Origin: Euglena gracilis
Taxonomy: Eukaryota
DNA: 64,000 bases
NCBI GenBank assembly: GCA_039621445.1
Contig: CP154954.1
Coordinates: forward strand, 12,766,716 to 12,830,715
Direction: 5' to 3'
Every line of letters begins with the position of its first letter. Position 1 is the first letter of the stretch. A model generated the notes under the pieces. That model ran no database searches, was not told where the DNA came from, and saw only the letters and a program-made list of their open reading frames with translations. Below are positions 12,301 to 27,400 of this stretch, piece after piece. Both the position numbers and the translations under genes were made by a program.

Positions 12301-15300
12301 ACGAACAAGTGGGGACGTACACCACGACCTCCGGCGTCCAAGGTTTTTTTTTGACAATCCCCATTTTTCACCCTTTTGCACACCTTTTTTGGGGTTTCCA
12401 CCGGAAGGGAGAAATACGTCGTCAATCGAAGCAGGTGCGATACAGATTTGCACCTTCCTATCAGTAACAGTGAATGTGCATCTGCGCATTGTGCAGTGAA
12501 GAATGGGATGTTTACACTGGCCGAATATATTCCTTTCAGTTGTGGTCAGATGACTGGAATTTGTGAACGCGTTCGTCAGTTGGAAATTTTTTTTGACATT
12601 CAGTTTCGAACCGTCAACAACGGCCTCGCGGGATAACATCTTGTGTTTATCAACAGCATTCAGGTATTGTGTGCCGCACAATTCGAAACCCATATGGTTG
12701 GAAGAAACCTTGTGCAGTCAACCCCAGATAGGTGTATCTCACCCACCTCCCAGATTATTGTGGTTTCCCCTCGAAAACCTTTGGAAAAATTTTAGCTTTG
12801 GTCTTTAGCCAGGCTGGACTGACCCCTCCTATGGTGAACCCATGGTGAGGGAAAAGCTTTCAGGATGCAGCAGCCTCGTAATCACGTGAAACTCTCCGTT
12901 CTGACACCCGCTCACTCAACGCAAGCAAGGGCTTGAACTGCATTAAACCTTGGGGGTAGCAACAACCACCACCGGCCCGCTTCCAACTGCTGGTGGTGCC
13001 AGAAGGAGGAATTTTGTTTGGATATCCTGATTGTGCAGATGCGCTTTTCCAAATAACCAATATCTGCGCATCCACGCCTTCCTTTCTACCAGAAGGGCAA
13101 TCTCTAACAAATACACCCTCCTTTTCTGCCCTCGTCCTCTTACACACACCGGACCAATTAGAACCTTCCAATTGGAAACAGATGCCACATCACCGGACCG
13201 TAGGCCCCACCCCACTCAAAACACCCATCACATCAATACCACCCCAATCCTTTTTTCCAAAACCCCGCAATGCTGCTGCCCGGCAGGGTGAAGGTGGGTG
13301 GGCGACGTCAACTGGAGGCCACGTCACATTCTTCTGGCCATCGGGAGTCGATCTATGAAAACAACACAAGAATCAGAACGCGGCAACATTTTACCGCATT
13401 CCAGTTACGCGAGTTTGATGCTGATTTGAAAGCGCGCACAACACCCTCCGGAATGCGCACCTGCGCACTCCGCTTCGCAGTGCGTGCATACGCATTTTCA
13501 CCAAAGCTGTCAGATTTTTGTGTTTCACAAAGAAAAGTGTATTCCCGGCCGTCTAAGTCACTTCTTGCAATGGATGCTTGCATATTTCGACGTCAGGCAT
13601 TTTTACTTATTTTTAAGTGATTGCTGAGATTTGGGGTTGCTGCAATGCAAATCATTATGATAGATGAAAATTACAGGAGAACGAGGAAATCTGAAAACCG
13701 CATTTTAAAAAATCAAAATTCCAGGAAAAATAACATCAATGCTACTTTCTTTCACTTGACGTCTTTTTTTGGCAAAAAAAAGTCACCCCAAAGTTCCAAA
13801 AAATGCTAAAAAAATGGTCTTCAGCTGTTTTTTTTTTCATTTTGAAAAGACCCTGAAGTTTGAATGTTTGTGAAATTTGATTACCCCATGAGAGTGCGTC
13901 CCTTAAATACACCTGAAAAAAATTCTGACACAACAAGGATGGTAATTGGAGGTGCTTTCTCATAGGTCTGCCTCCCGCGACTTTTTTTCAGCATTGACTA
14001 TGGGTGCCGGTCAGTTTGAGCACATTTACTTGCTCGTTTTTTCCTTTGTTGTTTTGCTTTTTTTTTACCAATGCAGCACGTTTGCACCGATAAATTGTTT
14101 CCCCTCCCCTGTTGGCGTCTTTTATCGGTTGTGTTTAATTTGGTCTTCTGCTCAATTTTTCGGCAGCTGAGCTCAAATTTTTGTTCAAGTATAAACCATC
14201 CGGCGCGCATTTCTGTGGGATGAAAGCTGTGGACGTCTGTTTTTGGTGCATGATCGTTTGGATTGATTTCTCACCAGGACCTCTGCCAACCTCTTTCCGG
14301 TAGCGCTGCAAACCCCTTCAATGCATCTTGAGGTGTGTCGTCATTTAAAATCACCATTTTTTAATGTCCCAGACCTGTTAATTCGCGGCAACAGAACGCT
14401 TTGTAGTCGGAAACGACTGACTGAAGTAATATAATTTCTAATCACCATAAAAATCTGAAGATACAAAGATACAAGGGTCAGACACCCCGTAGCACCCCTC
14501 CTGCTGGACCCCCTCCCGGGAGGGGTATGGTTTCGGGGATGGGTTGGACAGGCACCCCTATGCGGTAACCGATCCTGTTTTCTTTACCCTTTTGGCAAAG
14601 ACCCACCCGACCCTGGGTACCTTGGGCTACCCCGCCCCCCCCCCCCGGGGGATGTGCCTGCTATGGGCAGGCACCCTATAGCACCCACCTCCCTGTCGGT
14701 AAAAAAAAAGCCTCACAGGCATTTCAAGGTTCACAAGCACTTTATAGTTTATGGCCAATCTCGTGCCAGCATCCAAGGTATGTGCCTCCATCCCATGCAC
14801 AAGGTTGGGTTTTGGGTTTTGGGTCCCCCCCGCCAAAATTTTGTTTTTTGGGTTCCCCCCCAAAAACACCAAAAATTTGTATTTTTGGGACCCCCTCTTT
14901 GAAAAAATTTGACCCCTAACCCCTAACTACCTAAAAAAGGCGGATTTTGGCCAAGAAAAGCCATTTTTTTCAAAATTTTCTGCGCCTGCGGCGCCAAAAA
15001 GTATATCTCACCCCCCTCTGGGCCCTCCGGGGGAGTCCGGCTGGACCCACCCTGGGTGATCCCTGGGGCTGCAGCCGGGATCGAACCACCGACCCCGCGT
15101 GCAAAGCAGGATTCCTGTCCAACACGTCCAAAAGGATGGAAGCGCACCGGGGGGGGGGGGGCAGTGCTTATACAAGGCCAGTGTTTATACACCGGGGGGG
15201 GGAATGGTACAACAAAATTGTGGATTCTGACAAGGGGTGACCGTTGGAATCCAGACTGTTATTTTCGGAGGGAAAATCATGCCCTCCAGAATTGTGGCCT

Positions 15301-15335
15301 CTGATTGGGGGGGGGGCAGGGGTGTGATCATTGTA

Positions 15336-15707
15336 AACCCTCCCCCCAAATAATCCCCCCCAAATAATACCCCCCCCTCGGGGTACGACTTCCCACCAAC
15401 ATAATACCCCCCTCCCCCAGTTTCGGGCCGAAAGTCCGGATTTTTGACCTGAAAATGTAGGTAAAAATCACAATCTCTGACAATAAATTACGAAAAAAAA
15501 ATCGATTTTTCTGGATTATCTGGCCTCCAAGAAATGCTAAATTTCATGAGAAAGTACAAAAAAAAATGATTCCAAAGGGGGGTTTTGGCGCTATTTTTGC
15601 TCCTACGGAACTTCGAAAATTTTCGAAAATTTTTGGGAAATAATCCCCCCCCCCGGGCCGGGACTTCGGGCGAATAAATATTACCCCGGGTATTATTTGG
15701 GGGGTTT
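15336..15707. mobile_element. MITE-like element
   Basis: aaccctccccccaaataat ... attatttggggggttt inverted ends flanked by TA; internal aaataatccccc repeats. Confidence 0.6.
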
Positions 15708-18700
15708 TACATGTCTCGAACAGAAAATTGCATTTTGGGGCATTTTGAAAGGCCTTGTGGCCCCAAAAAATTTCAGGACCCAAAATTGTACTAACTAAAC
15801 TAACTGGACTAACTGGGTGGGGGATGGTCTGACTACTGAAAAGTGAACCGCCAAAAATGTTTCAAGCAGGCGGGAGTGTTCAGGACAACTCTGAGTGACA
15901 GCCCCTTCGTGACTTTGCGGATGTCGACCATTGTTTCCCATGGTTTTTTCTCATCGTCAATGGAGACCCAAAAATTTGATTTTTGGGTACCCCCCCCAAT
16001 TTTTTTTTGGGTCGATTTTGGGACCCCCCCAAAAATACAAAAACAAAACCCAACCTTGCCATGCACCCATCGTGCCAGTCGTTACCTGCCAGCTGAGAAA
16101 CAATGAAGAGAATCTTGTGATCCCTGCGCCGCTGTGTCGTGCAATGAAATTGTCCACATCATCAAAGGTTGTTCAATTTTGGGGTTATGGAATGTTGTTT
16201 TTGACATATTATTGGTTTTCTGGTGGGTTTTTTATTCGGCAGCCCATTTCCGGCATAATTTGAACCTGCTCGCTTGTGCACTTGTTGTTGTTCAGTTGTT
16301 TTTCCATGGCCAAATGGTATTTATCTATATAGTCTATCATTCAACGGCAGGGAGCAGGTTTGTAGGGACACGTTTTCATTTGAGATGGCTGCCTGGGCTC
16401 GAGGAAGCTCCTGTCGGGGTGTGCCTCAGAAAGCATTTTTTTTGTTTTGTTGTATTTGCTTGGGTTTTATTGTGCTTTTTGTGTTGTGTAGTCTAGCTGT
16501 TTTTTTAACAATTTTTACATTTTTTCCCCTTGCGATATGACAAATTTTCGTTCATTTATTAATTGTTTTTAGTTATTATTTAGTTCAGTTCAGTGAAAAA
16601 AAAAAATGCTAAAACGTTAACGGACTTTTCGCTTCTATGGGTGCAAAAACGGGCGAAAATGGGTCGGAAAAATGTTGTCCAATCTCAGCTCCAGATTGGG
16701 ACCCTTATGGGGGACCTGCCAGCGGTTTTTTTCCAGCCAGCCCAAATTTTCCAGCCTCTTGGCTGAACCCCCCCTGGGGAAGGTCATTTATCAACGCCCT
16801 GATTCAGTTGTCATTAGTCATGCTGTTTTTTGGTTACGGCCCACCTGGGTTTCTGGCTCACAACAAAGCCCCTTTTCAGGCATTTGCAGCTGGGTGTCTC
16901 ATTGGCCCTCTAAGGCCATTGGAGTCTCCATCGCTGTCCTGAAGTTTGCCCAACACGAACACAAGAAGAGAGCATTTAACCTCATCCCAGACTTGGACAG
17001 CATTTGCAACGTTCCATCCGCCCCCACCCCCTCCTTTTCCCAGGTTAGCCATACTTTCAACAAAATGCTCTCCTCTCTGTTGCTGCCGTGCGGTGCCGAT
17101 GTGCGGGTTGAGTGGACGGGCTCCAGAGCGGCTCGGGCGGCGTGCAGGCGATTGCTGTGTTTAACCGATGGTTGGGGTGGTATCAACCTTCCCTGGGTGG
17201 GTATGCTTTTTATGGTTGCATTGGATTGCATACAATTTGTAAATATAGGACAAAATAGTACGTAGGCTCGCCGATCATGTTTTTGTTTGGGTCTGCCGCA
17301 CAGCATCGTGAATTGCTTCCACTAGAGAGTGATTTGCAGAAACAAATTCAGATGCTCGCGCCAACAATCGGAATTTTTTTTTCATTTCTCGTCTTTTTTC
17401 ACCTGGAAATTTTATTCCTGAAGTTTGGGGGTTGTGGTCGTTGGGTTTTAGAGGTACCGTTGTTGCTGTTTGGAGGTACCGTTGGCCGAGTCGGCCCTCC
17501 CGGGGCCAACCACGGGCCGATTTTACCAACTATTTTACGACCAGGGCCGGTGGGGATGCTGCCACATCACGTGCACCTCGTGCGGCACCGCGTGCACCGC
17601 ATGGCGCAGCGTGTGCACCGTGTGGGAAGTTTCACTCAATTCCAACGTTCCTCGAATTTTTCTTTTATTTTGGCCACCTTTGGCCGCTTTTAACCTCCTT
17701 GTTCCAACTTCGACTATTTGTCGTCAAATTTCAGCGTTTTGCTTCATTTGGTGTCGTTTCCAATTTGAACCCCCAGTTTCCCCGTTTTTTTTTTTTTTTG
17801 GTGAAAATGCTCCCCTGCCCCGAAAAAGACCATACATACCTCTCCCCTCTTCCCCTGGAAGTTGGCAACCAGCCCACACAATCACTTAGTCATTGACCAA
17901 CCCCCTCCCGGGGGGGGGTGGGGGAGGGGGGTGGTTGACCGCCATAAATACACTAAAAATGTTGTACAAGTTTTGGGCCATTTTGGTTAACCTTTGGCAA
18001 AAATAATGGCCAACAGCCAAAAAGTGACAAAAAGTCAGGCCAACTGGCCGAAAGTGTCCCAAAAAGCTCAAAAGTATATCAAGATTATAAATTGTTCGGG
18101 TTTACAGGATAAGGAACTGTTGGCGAAAATCCAACCCCAATGGCATATTTCGATAATGGTCTGTCTCAAAAAAAATTACCACAAATCAGTTTTTTAGTCG
18201 TTTTGCAGCTGAAAAACAACTGTCCCTGTCGGGTTGCAAATTCAAAAAGTTGAATTCAGAAAAAGCATCGAATGGACGATCCCGTCTTGTAAATATTCCT
18301 CAGAGGCAAGTTTGGAAGGTTTATATCAATTTACAACACACCGGAGTTGTAAACGAGAAAAAAAGTGTGGGTTGATGATTTAAAATTTGAGATAAACGAC
18401 CAGTTGCCCAATTTTTGAAAATTCCGTTATGGGACAGATTCCATGACCCATCAAAAGAGCAAATTTTCACCCATCAAAGTTTCACCTCTAACCATCAAAA
18501 CGGTGAATTTCACTGGTGAAGTTCACCGGCGGTACCTTCCAAAATTTCAACAACATTTTCTCAAAATTTTGATTTTGAGAGGTTTTTGAAGCAAAAAAAT
18601 GGGGGGGCTTGCTTAAGGACCGCCCTGGTGCAAACACTCTCCCTCTCCTCATTCTCTTATTTCTGTCTTGATTGCACTGCAAGTGAATCTTGTGAAAGGA

Positions 18701-21224
18701 ATGAGCGCCTGCTGCGGTTCGAAGCAGAATTAAGTATTGTTGAGGAGTCCCTTTTGACAGCCAGCATCTGCACCCCCCGACTGGACTGCAGGCGTCCCTT
18801 TTGTCTGCAGCTTTGGTTGTTCTTTGATTGAGATGGTGCAATTTGCATGTGATTTGTAAACCATGAAGCCAGTGCCGGTTGAAGCCATTTCTTGGTGGTA
18901 ATAGAGTTGTTGAAGGGAAGAAAGTTTTCAAAGACAATGTAGCATCGTAATTGAATGAAATGCACATTCCTTCCTTCAAATATTTTTTCCAGAAGTTATC
19001 TGCATGAAAATTATTGCAGTTGATTTTGCCGTTACAGAAGCCGGAAAAACAGTGCTGGCTGGACCACCCCCCGTAGGGGTCCAGGGGGTGGGTTCCTAAT
19101 GAGCTGTTGGCCGGACCCGGCTTGCAGCCGAAAGCAATCAAAAAAGCCCAAATCCACCTGTCTTGGGTGTTTTCCAGCCAATTTATTGAGGTGGAAACCC
19201 AACAAATGACCAAAAAAATGGAAAATGGCAGTTTCGATGCCCAGCGAACATTTTATTGACACTCACCCTCACCACTCCCACTCACTCTTGGGAGTCCGCC
19301 ATTGGGACGTCAGGTGTTGGCTGGAAAAACGGTGCTGGCTCGGACCCCCGGCAGGGGGGGTAGGGGGGGTCCGGCTTAAGAATTTCCCTGGAATGGTTTG
19401 GAATGGGGGCACAGGTTTACGATGTGGCTGTAGCCATCAAAAAGTCATCGAATAACTAAATTCATTGAATATTCAAAATATTGTGTGACAAAAAGAGTAA
19501 AACATATGGCATATTCTGTGACAAAAATTACAAGCCCTTACGGCGAAAGAATGTATGGCATTGGCCAATTACGTGCCAGCTCGGCCGACCATGGCTAGAA
19601 CATCAAATCCGGAATGAACCAAGGAGCTATTGGGAGCCGTGTAAGGGACCACATTTGCACAGTGGCCTGGGGCTGCTGAAGCTCTTGCAATCCCATCACC
19701 GCCAGTTGGCCGTCCAAGTCGGCAGGGCTTTTGCAGAAAGCTAACCAGTTCGTTTGAACCCAGTGTGTGCGATTGAGTACCTTTGCAATTTTTTGATACA
19801 CCGCGCTTGTGTGACAAAAAATATTTGAGTGTCTTCCCACTTGTTTGGGTGGTTTATGATATCGTGTCGTGTTGTTGGTTTTTCTCTCTCTTTTTTTCCC
19901 GCATTTGACCAAGTAAAAATGCATTGCAACAAAGTGGGAAGCGTTCCATGAGCCATCCCCAAGTCAAGTGTGCATATTTCGCTGTTCCAGACTGGCAATA
20001 GCCCTTCAAGGACGAAAGGACATCCCCACCAACATTTCCGTTCATGTCCGTTAGCTCAGGCCTCCACACCCTGGCTGATGTGTCCCGCTGCAGGGTTCTC
20101 CTGTAATGTAAAAGGGTGGTTATCAGGCTTTTTCTCGGTGTGTGTGTGTGTGTGTGTGTGTGCTTGAGTGTGTCTGTATATTGACGAGCGTAATTAAATT
20201 GGGCGTCCAAAGTCCGGGGACAGGGCGCTGTAAGTTCGGTAAGTTGTAAGGTTTCTGTGTGTAATTCTGGACAACAATCTTATGTGTGCTGTGTATGAAT
20301 TGCACCGAATGTTTATTCTCGTATTGGGCAGATAATTGGTTACGATCTGGATTAGGGTTCCCCCCGTTTGCATTCTTAAATCGTAAGTTTGCTAGATCTG
20401 AAATAAAGTGAGTTCTTGCTAATAAATATTAGAACAGAAAGAAGACAAAACAGTAAGAAAAGTTATTATGTGTGTTTGTCAAAAGCAGGCTGCTATTTCA
20501 GTATGACCCTGTCCTCGCCTTGCACACCCCACTCCCTCCAGCCCCGCCAGCTCGGACAGCAGTGTTGGGACCCACGGTCCATTCGGCAGGAGCCCTCCGC
20601 TCACCCCGGCGGTGACCGCACCACCCGTGCCTCCACGGTGGTCGTGTGGCTCTGTTGATTGCCATCAACTTCGCCTTATCATGAAAACCACACAACTGCC
20701 GATACTGGAATTCTTGTCCAGCTGAAGAGGTGGAAGGATTCTGAATTTGAGAAATAGAAAGGCAATGGAAAATAACTGTTTTTCTCTTGTGCTTGCGAGA
20801 GTATACTGTAAAATCTTTGGTAGAGGTTTGAAATGAATTTTTTCTGAGGTAATAAATGTTGCATAACAATTGGTTATTTACAATATTATTTATGGCACTG
20901 TGAACCAATCGTTGGAAGAGTGAAAATGTCAGAAAAAAGGAACTTTTTCAGTTGTCTTCTTTTCGTGCATATTATCAAGTTTTTTTTCCAGATTTGTCTT
21001 TTGAATATTTTTTTTCAAGCTCTCAATCAGGTGTTAGGCTTTGTCACGACGGTGCAATTGTGTGTGCCAAACAGATGCTATTGCCGAATTGTATGCCACA
21101 CCACAGATAGCCCCGCTTCTTGAGGAGCCTCCCCACTTCACAGCAGAACCCTCCGACGAGGGTTGCCCCACTGAATCACAAGGCAACCAGGTATGCTTCT
21201 GTGACAATCATGTCCCGAATTGTA

Positions 21225-21475
21225 CCCCCCCTCCTAGTCGTATGACCACCCCTCATTTATGACCACCCCCCGGTCACAAGTTGCAGGTCATGGGGGTGTT
21301 ATGACCCCCCCCCGGTCACAGGTTGCAGGTTGCGAAAAATTTAACACCACCTTACCTATGACCGCCACCTCATTTACGACCACCCCCCCAGTCACAGGTT
21401 GCAGGTTATGGGGGTGTTATGACCCCCCCCGGTTACAGGTTGCAGGAACTCGGTCATACGACTAGGGGGGGGGGG
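21225..21475. mobile_element. MITE (longer member of the 4299-4435 family)
   Basis: TIRs cccccctcctagtcgtatgacc / ggtcatacgactagggggg with four ggtcacaggttgcagg-type internal repeats. Confidence 0.75.
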
Positions 21476-21493
21476 TGCAGCGTCCCCTGGGAA

Positions 21494-24400
21494 TCTCTCT
21501 CTCTCTCTCTTCCAGATTGGTGTGGATGGGAAGTGTGTGGTGCGGGAGTGTCGGAGGTGGAGGGAGCTGCTTTGTTTTCATTCGAGGAGGTGCTCTGGGT
21601 GGTGACGGCAGGACGTCTCCCGCCTGGCCTCCGACACAGCGAAACCGGGGGTGCCGGCTCACTACGCTGCGTCATCACTGGCCCACCACCACGGCCCCCG
21701 GTGTCCTCCTGGAAGGAAAGCTGCCGCTGCTGCTGGCGCTGCTGCTGCTGCTGCTGCTGTCGCTGCTGCTACTCTGCTGTTGCTGCTGCTGCCTGCAGGA
21801 GTTGGTTTGGGTAGTTTTGTCGGGTTTGCGGCTTTGCCAGTCCCTTGAGGGGTTGGAGGCTCCTCCGGTGTTGAACCCTCCCCCCTCCCGCTGGGGCTGG
21901 GTTGTTACTGCTGACTACGGCTGCGGCGGCTTTGGAGCACATCCCATTGGTTGGGGTGTGCGGGGATCGGAGGGGGGCCTGCCCGGTTTGCCCCACTCTC
22001 TCCCCTGGTGCTCCTTTGGTTGGCTGGGGGCACCGACTCCCTCCGACAGTGCGTTCTTCAAAATTTTCCTTCATTTGTTGGAGTTCTCGGGTCAGTGCAG
22101 CGATGGTCTCTGCCATTCGCTTCAGCTGCTTATGCATGGCTGCCCCTCGCCTGCCGTACACCGGGGTCCACTCGGCACCCTCTTTCTCTCTTTGGCCTTG
22201 GGTGCCCTGCGCACTCTCAGGGCGGGAGGGTCTGGAAAATCTCATGGCGGCTGGGTTTTCTGTCTCCCGAGGGCGGTGCCCACGGGTCGCTTCCCTATTG
22301 GGTCGCCAAGGGGCATGGAGCCGGGGCATATCATGCTTTGCGAACTCCCCTGCGGAACGGGTTGGCGGGGCACAGGCACCATGCTGTCTGCCACCCGCCT
22401 GGACATTGTGCTGTCTCGCTCTGGGAGCGTAGGGCCCGGAGTGGTGGTTGGATGGCTGCCCTGGGGGGTAGCCTTCCGGGTGGTGGTGCCGAGGACCAGG
22501 GTGGTCGGCCTCCCCGATCCTGGCGCTTTTGTGCCAATCGTGCGACTGACGTTCCTGGGCAGTGCTGTTTGACATGTGGCTGGCTGCTGCTTCGTCGCGC
22601 CATTGCTGGATGGCCTCCCTCCGTTGTGGCCTGCAGCAGGCCCAGACTTGGCTTTGCAGCTCGTGGTCCCAAGAAGAAAATATTGCCTTCCCTCGGCCTG
22701 GCTGCCTGCGCTTCATTGTTGATTTCCATTCCTTGTACTTCTCCCTGCACTCTTTCGGCCACTCGCTCAATGTGGTGTACTTGCGCTTCTTGGAGGGGGC
22801 TTGTGAGGACGAATCATCCTCTTCTTGTTCTTCTTCTTCGGTGAGGAATGCTTGTGGCGGGGGGGGGCAGGCAGCATGAGGCAATTGACAGCCTCGATGG
22901 TTGGGATGGTTGGGGCCTCGATGAGGCCTGTGGGTGCCGGGCCATTGATGAGTGCATTGACTTGCACGTTTTGCACCAGGGCCGGGGGTTGCCCCTGTTG
23001 GTGGGTGGGGAGGTAGATGGGAATGGTGACCCGCACCTCGACTGGCACTGGCACCCGAATCTCTACGGGCACCTGCACTGGGACCTGCACCAGGCGCTCC
23101 ACGATGCGATCCACGAAGACCGGCTCGCGGACCGGAACGGGTACCTGCCTCTCCACGATCACCGGTCGGTCCACCAGGACCACCCGTTCCTGGTAGACCT
23201 CACGGATGGCTGGCACCAGTGGAGCTGTTGCGGAGGTCTGGTCTGCTTCAGCATGGTGCTGGGAGGATGCACCATCGTGGATGGCCGGGGTGTCTTCTCC
23301 CGGCGGTGGTGGGGGTGGTGGCTCCAGGACAGGGGTGGGGATTCACCCCCTGGTCGTGTCCAGCATGCAGGTTGGCAGAAGTACCAGGTGGTATCGGGAC
23401 CGCGGCTGACATTGCCGGTTGGGGAGAGGAGGATTGTATTGGAGGTGGGGACATTCCCGGAGGGGCTGCAGCAGAAACACCGGCCTGGCCGACAGCCTCA
23501 ACGCCCCGAGGGGGAGCCCCCGGGGTGGAAGCAGGCGGGTGTTCGTTGGGCAGATGTGCGGCCCCCCTGGGTGGGTGTGCTGGCGCAGAATCCTCTCCTT
23601 CGCCTTGCCTCTGGCGGCAGGAGGTCGTCAATGCCTTCTATGGCGCGGGTGCGGAGGGATGTCCAAACACAGCGAGGAAATCCTCTGTTGAGGGAGCATG
23701 TGCTTGGTCCAGCGGCATGGCAGTGGCCCCACGGGGCTGGCGGCACGCGGTTTGGGCCGGTGAGAAACCACCTCCACACCTTGGAGAACCAGCTGCGGAG
23801 CTCGCGGACCCAGATGTCGGTGGCATGCCAGCGCTGGAAGAGGAAACGGCTCCACACGGACTGCACCAGGCGGCGTGAATACCCCCGCTAGATGGCGTTG
23901 CGAAAGACGGTTGCCACCGACTGCATGAAGTCGCCCATGTGACTGCATGCCATGTAGGCAAACTCCAGCCGCCCCATGATGACTCCACCCAGCTGTTCCG
24001 TGGGTGCCGTGGTGGTGGCCAGCGGATAACGCATGGTGTGGTGGGGGTAGTCTGCCTCCCGGTCGTGGCGCTCCCCGTTGCTGTGGGTGAGAATGTGCAT
24101 CCTCACCACCAGGCATACCACGGACTCGCCACTGGCTGTCACCTTGTACTCCATGCCGTATTCTGCTGCGGTGGGCAGGGACATTGTGCTCGGGTGTACG
24201 ATGTCATCGATGTACCGTGACACGGCTGTGGATCGGAGCTGAGGCGGGGTGGAGTGCATATGGTCGCGTTCCACAGGGTAACAGGCCAAGTTGGCCAGCT
24301 GCGGGGCTGGTGGGAGGCCCATCGGCATGCCGCGTATCTGCCGCCGGACCTTCCCCCCATTGCAGGTATAGTTGTTGTTCACCGATGTGGACACCAGCTC

Positions 24401-27400
24401 CTTCAGGTCGACCATTGTGTAGCCCAGGCCGTCACAGGACAAGCCGCCCGTGGTTAGCGTGGGGTCGGTGTTTGCGTCGATGCCGACCGGCGTCTTGGTG
24501 TCACGGATGAACGCCCACGCCTCGCGCACTGACTCCATCACGGCTGACAATGGAGTCGAAGGTGAAGGCTGTGTACATTGTGGTGAAGTCTGCCGTCTCC
24601 AAGCCTCCGGCCAGGATGTGCTTGGAGTGTGAACGCGCCATGCGCACAAACGACTCCACGCTGTCGATGCCCCAGAATGCTTTGATGCCCTCATGCTGCT
24701 GCCGCAGCTCGTCCTTCTCCCGCAGTGTGCCCTCGATGTGCTTTAGAAGCAACTCTAACGCCTTGTTGAGGGCGTAGAGGCCTGGGAGGCTCTTTTGGGG
24801 CACCTTGGCGGGCGGTGGCTCCTGTGTCGCTGCTGGAGTCGCGGCTCTTGCGGGTCCCAGTACCCCCCCCCCCTATGTCCAACGACCCCCCTATGTCCAA
24901 TGACCACCCCCCCCCCCGTCGGAGGACACCTTTTCGGAGGTTTGACCAAATTTCTGGTCCCGGCGCAAAGCGCCGGGACGAAAAATTTTGCCCAAAATTT
25001 TGCCAAAAATTTGGCCAAAATGCCATTTTTGACACTTTTTGGACATAAATTTGTCAAAATTGCCCAAAATTTTCGGCGCGAAGCGCCGGAAGGGAAAATT
25101 TGGGCATTTTTGGGTGGGTAGAAACCCGGGTACCCACCAACTTTCTTTTGACCCCATGTCCAACGACCCCCCCCCCCCGGTCAGGGGACACCTTTTTGGT
25201 CATTGCCCTATGTCCGACGACCACCCCCCCGGTCAGCGGACAGAGGTTACCGGTCATTGGACATAGGGGGGGGTAATGAACCGGAACTTCTGCTTGGCAG
25301 GCTTCCAGATGCCGTAGTTTGTACACAACCCCGGCACCCGTGGGTCAGCTGAGCCGCTTGTTGATGTCGCTGAGGTGCGCGACGACATCACTCCAGCTCC
25401 CTGGCACGTCCTTGAAGACCGTGGAATCTGCAAGGTAGGCCGCCATCTGCTTCTGGTGCCACCGTTTGCAGATGAACACCAAGCTGTGTGGTGCTCGGTC
25501 GTCGTGGAGGAATTCTAGCTGCTTTTGTGCCTCCCGGATTTGCTGCGACAATGCAGGGAACCCCGTGGGGACGAGGTCCTCCTTCACTGATGAACGTTGC
25601 CAGTTGGTCTGCCCGTTGCGAGCTTGCGGGCGAAAGATGCATCGGTGGGGTTGCTGCGTGCCGCCCACTCTGTGTACTAGTTGAGTGCTCGTCGCAGGTC
25701 GTGGAGGACGGAGTCCGCAGGGCCCTTGAGGCATAACTTCTTGCCCTTCGCAGCGAGTGTCTGGAGGTAGGACCATCGGAGCAGGTCCGACTCGTTGCTC
25801 ACCACATGCCCCTCATGGAACGAGGCTGGCTCGCGGCGGCGTAGCACGGTGTGGCACGTGCACCCCTCCAGATCGTCTGCCCGGGCTGCCTCCAGATCCA
25901 GCTCTTCGGCCACGCGCGCGTAGTTGCACAGCCAGGCCTGCCACTGTGGGGCGAACTTGTCGCACACCATGATTGCGGCGGCCACGTCGGGGTTGGGGTG
26001 CAGCTTGAACACCGCCTTTTGTCGGAGGACCTTGCGCAACTTGAGGAATCGGGCACCATTGTTGGAATAGCAGAACTTCAGGAACTGCCTCTCTGGGGCC
26101 TCCTTCCGCTTGGCCTTGACGAGCTCCACCAGCTTGCACTCCAGCAACAGGTGGCCTGCTCGCCTATCGTCGTCTGGCACGTGCATCTACAGCCAGTCCA
26201 GGGTTGAGCACAGCTGTGTCTTCCCCCACTTTCGGGCTTCCGCCATGGCACAGGAGTCTCCCTCTTGGCAGCGCTTTAGCCACTTGGGGATGTCTGGGCT
26301 TGGTGGAGGGTCGCCGGCTGCTGTGGGAGTGGGATCTTGCCTTGGGAGCGCGTGGCGACGCTGCAAAACCTTCCGGCTCACTGGGTAGCCTGGGTCGGCT
26401 GTGTTGAAGCCGTGTGGCCACATGGTATTGAGGAGGCCGACCCATTTGCGCTCCCGAGCCAGGGCGTCTCGGCGGATGATGGCGGTGAGCTCTGCACGGG
26501 GGAAATTGTTGGGTGGCGGGAGCTTCTCCAGCGGAACCATGATGAACGAGAATGGGTTGGGGTCGTTGGAGATCATGGAGGGCCTCACTGCACCTCCCTC
26601 GGCTCCACCTGTGCTCCTTGGTCCGCTTCCAGACCTTTCGTTGGGTCTGCCCCACGTACAAGCGCCCCGTGGGGAAATGGAACAGCGCATAGATCCATCT
26701 GGTAGTGTCCCACAGCATGGGGATGTCGGCCCAGTCGATGGAACGGTTGGCGGAGTCGGAGGAGCGCAGCTCCACCACCTTGCGCATGGTCTTATTGCGC
26801 CAGGTTCGCCCCCAGGTGCGCTGCATCCAATCCATATACTCCTGCCACGACCATTGCTCCTCCTTGCGTCGATGACGGATGGTCGCGGGTCGTGCTTGTT
26901 AAAGGGTTCAGCGATGGGGAGGGCGCGGTCGTCGCAAGGATTGCGAGACAGTGGCTGGCACCGTGGGGTGGAGGTTGACCCGGGAGGACGTTTGGGGGGA
27001 GGCATAGGAGTGCGAGAAAACTCTCCATGCAGTTCTTGGTGAGCCCTAGGGAAAGCTCCCCGGGCCGCATTGGCTGCGGAAATCTCTCTTCCAGATTGGT
27101 GTGGATGGGAAGTGTGTGGAGTGTCGGAGGTGGAGGGAGCTGCTTTGTTTTCATTCGAGGAGGTGCTCTGGGTGGTGACCTCCCGCCTGGCCTCCGACAC
27201 AGCGAAACCGGGGGTGCCGGCTCACTACGCTGTGTCATCACTGGCCCACCACCACGGCCCCCGGTGTCCTCCTGGACGGAAAGCTGCCGCTGCTGCTGGA
27301 GCTGCCGTCGCTGCTGCTTCTGTCGCTGCTGCTGCTGCTGCTGTTGCTGCTGCTGCCTGCGGGAGTTGGTTTGGGTAGTTTTGTCGGGTTTGCGGCTTTG

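Noticed and set aside
21225-21475. CRISPR-like repeat array (also the ccggaataaa arrays)
   Set aside because: No unique spacers or cas genes, eukaryotic context; these are internal MITE repeats.
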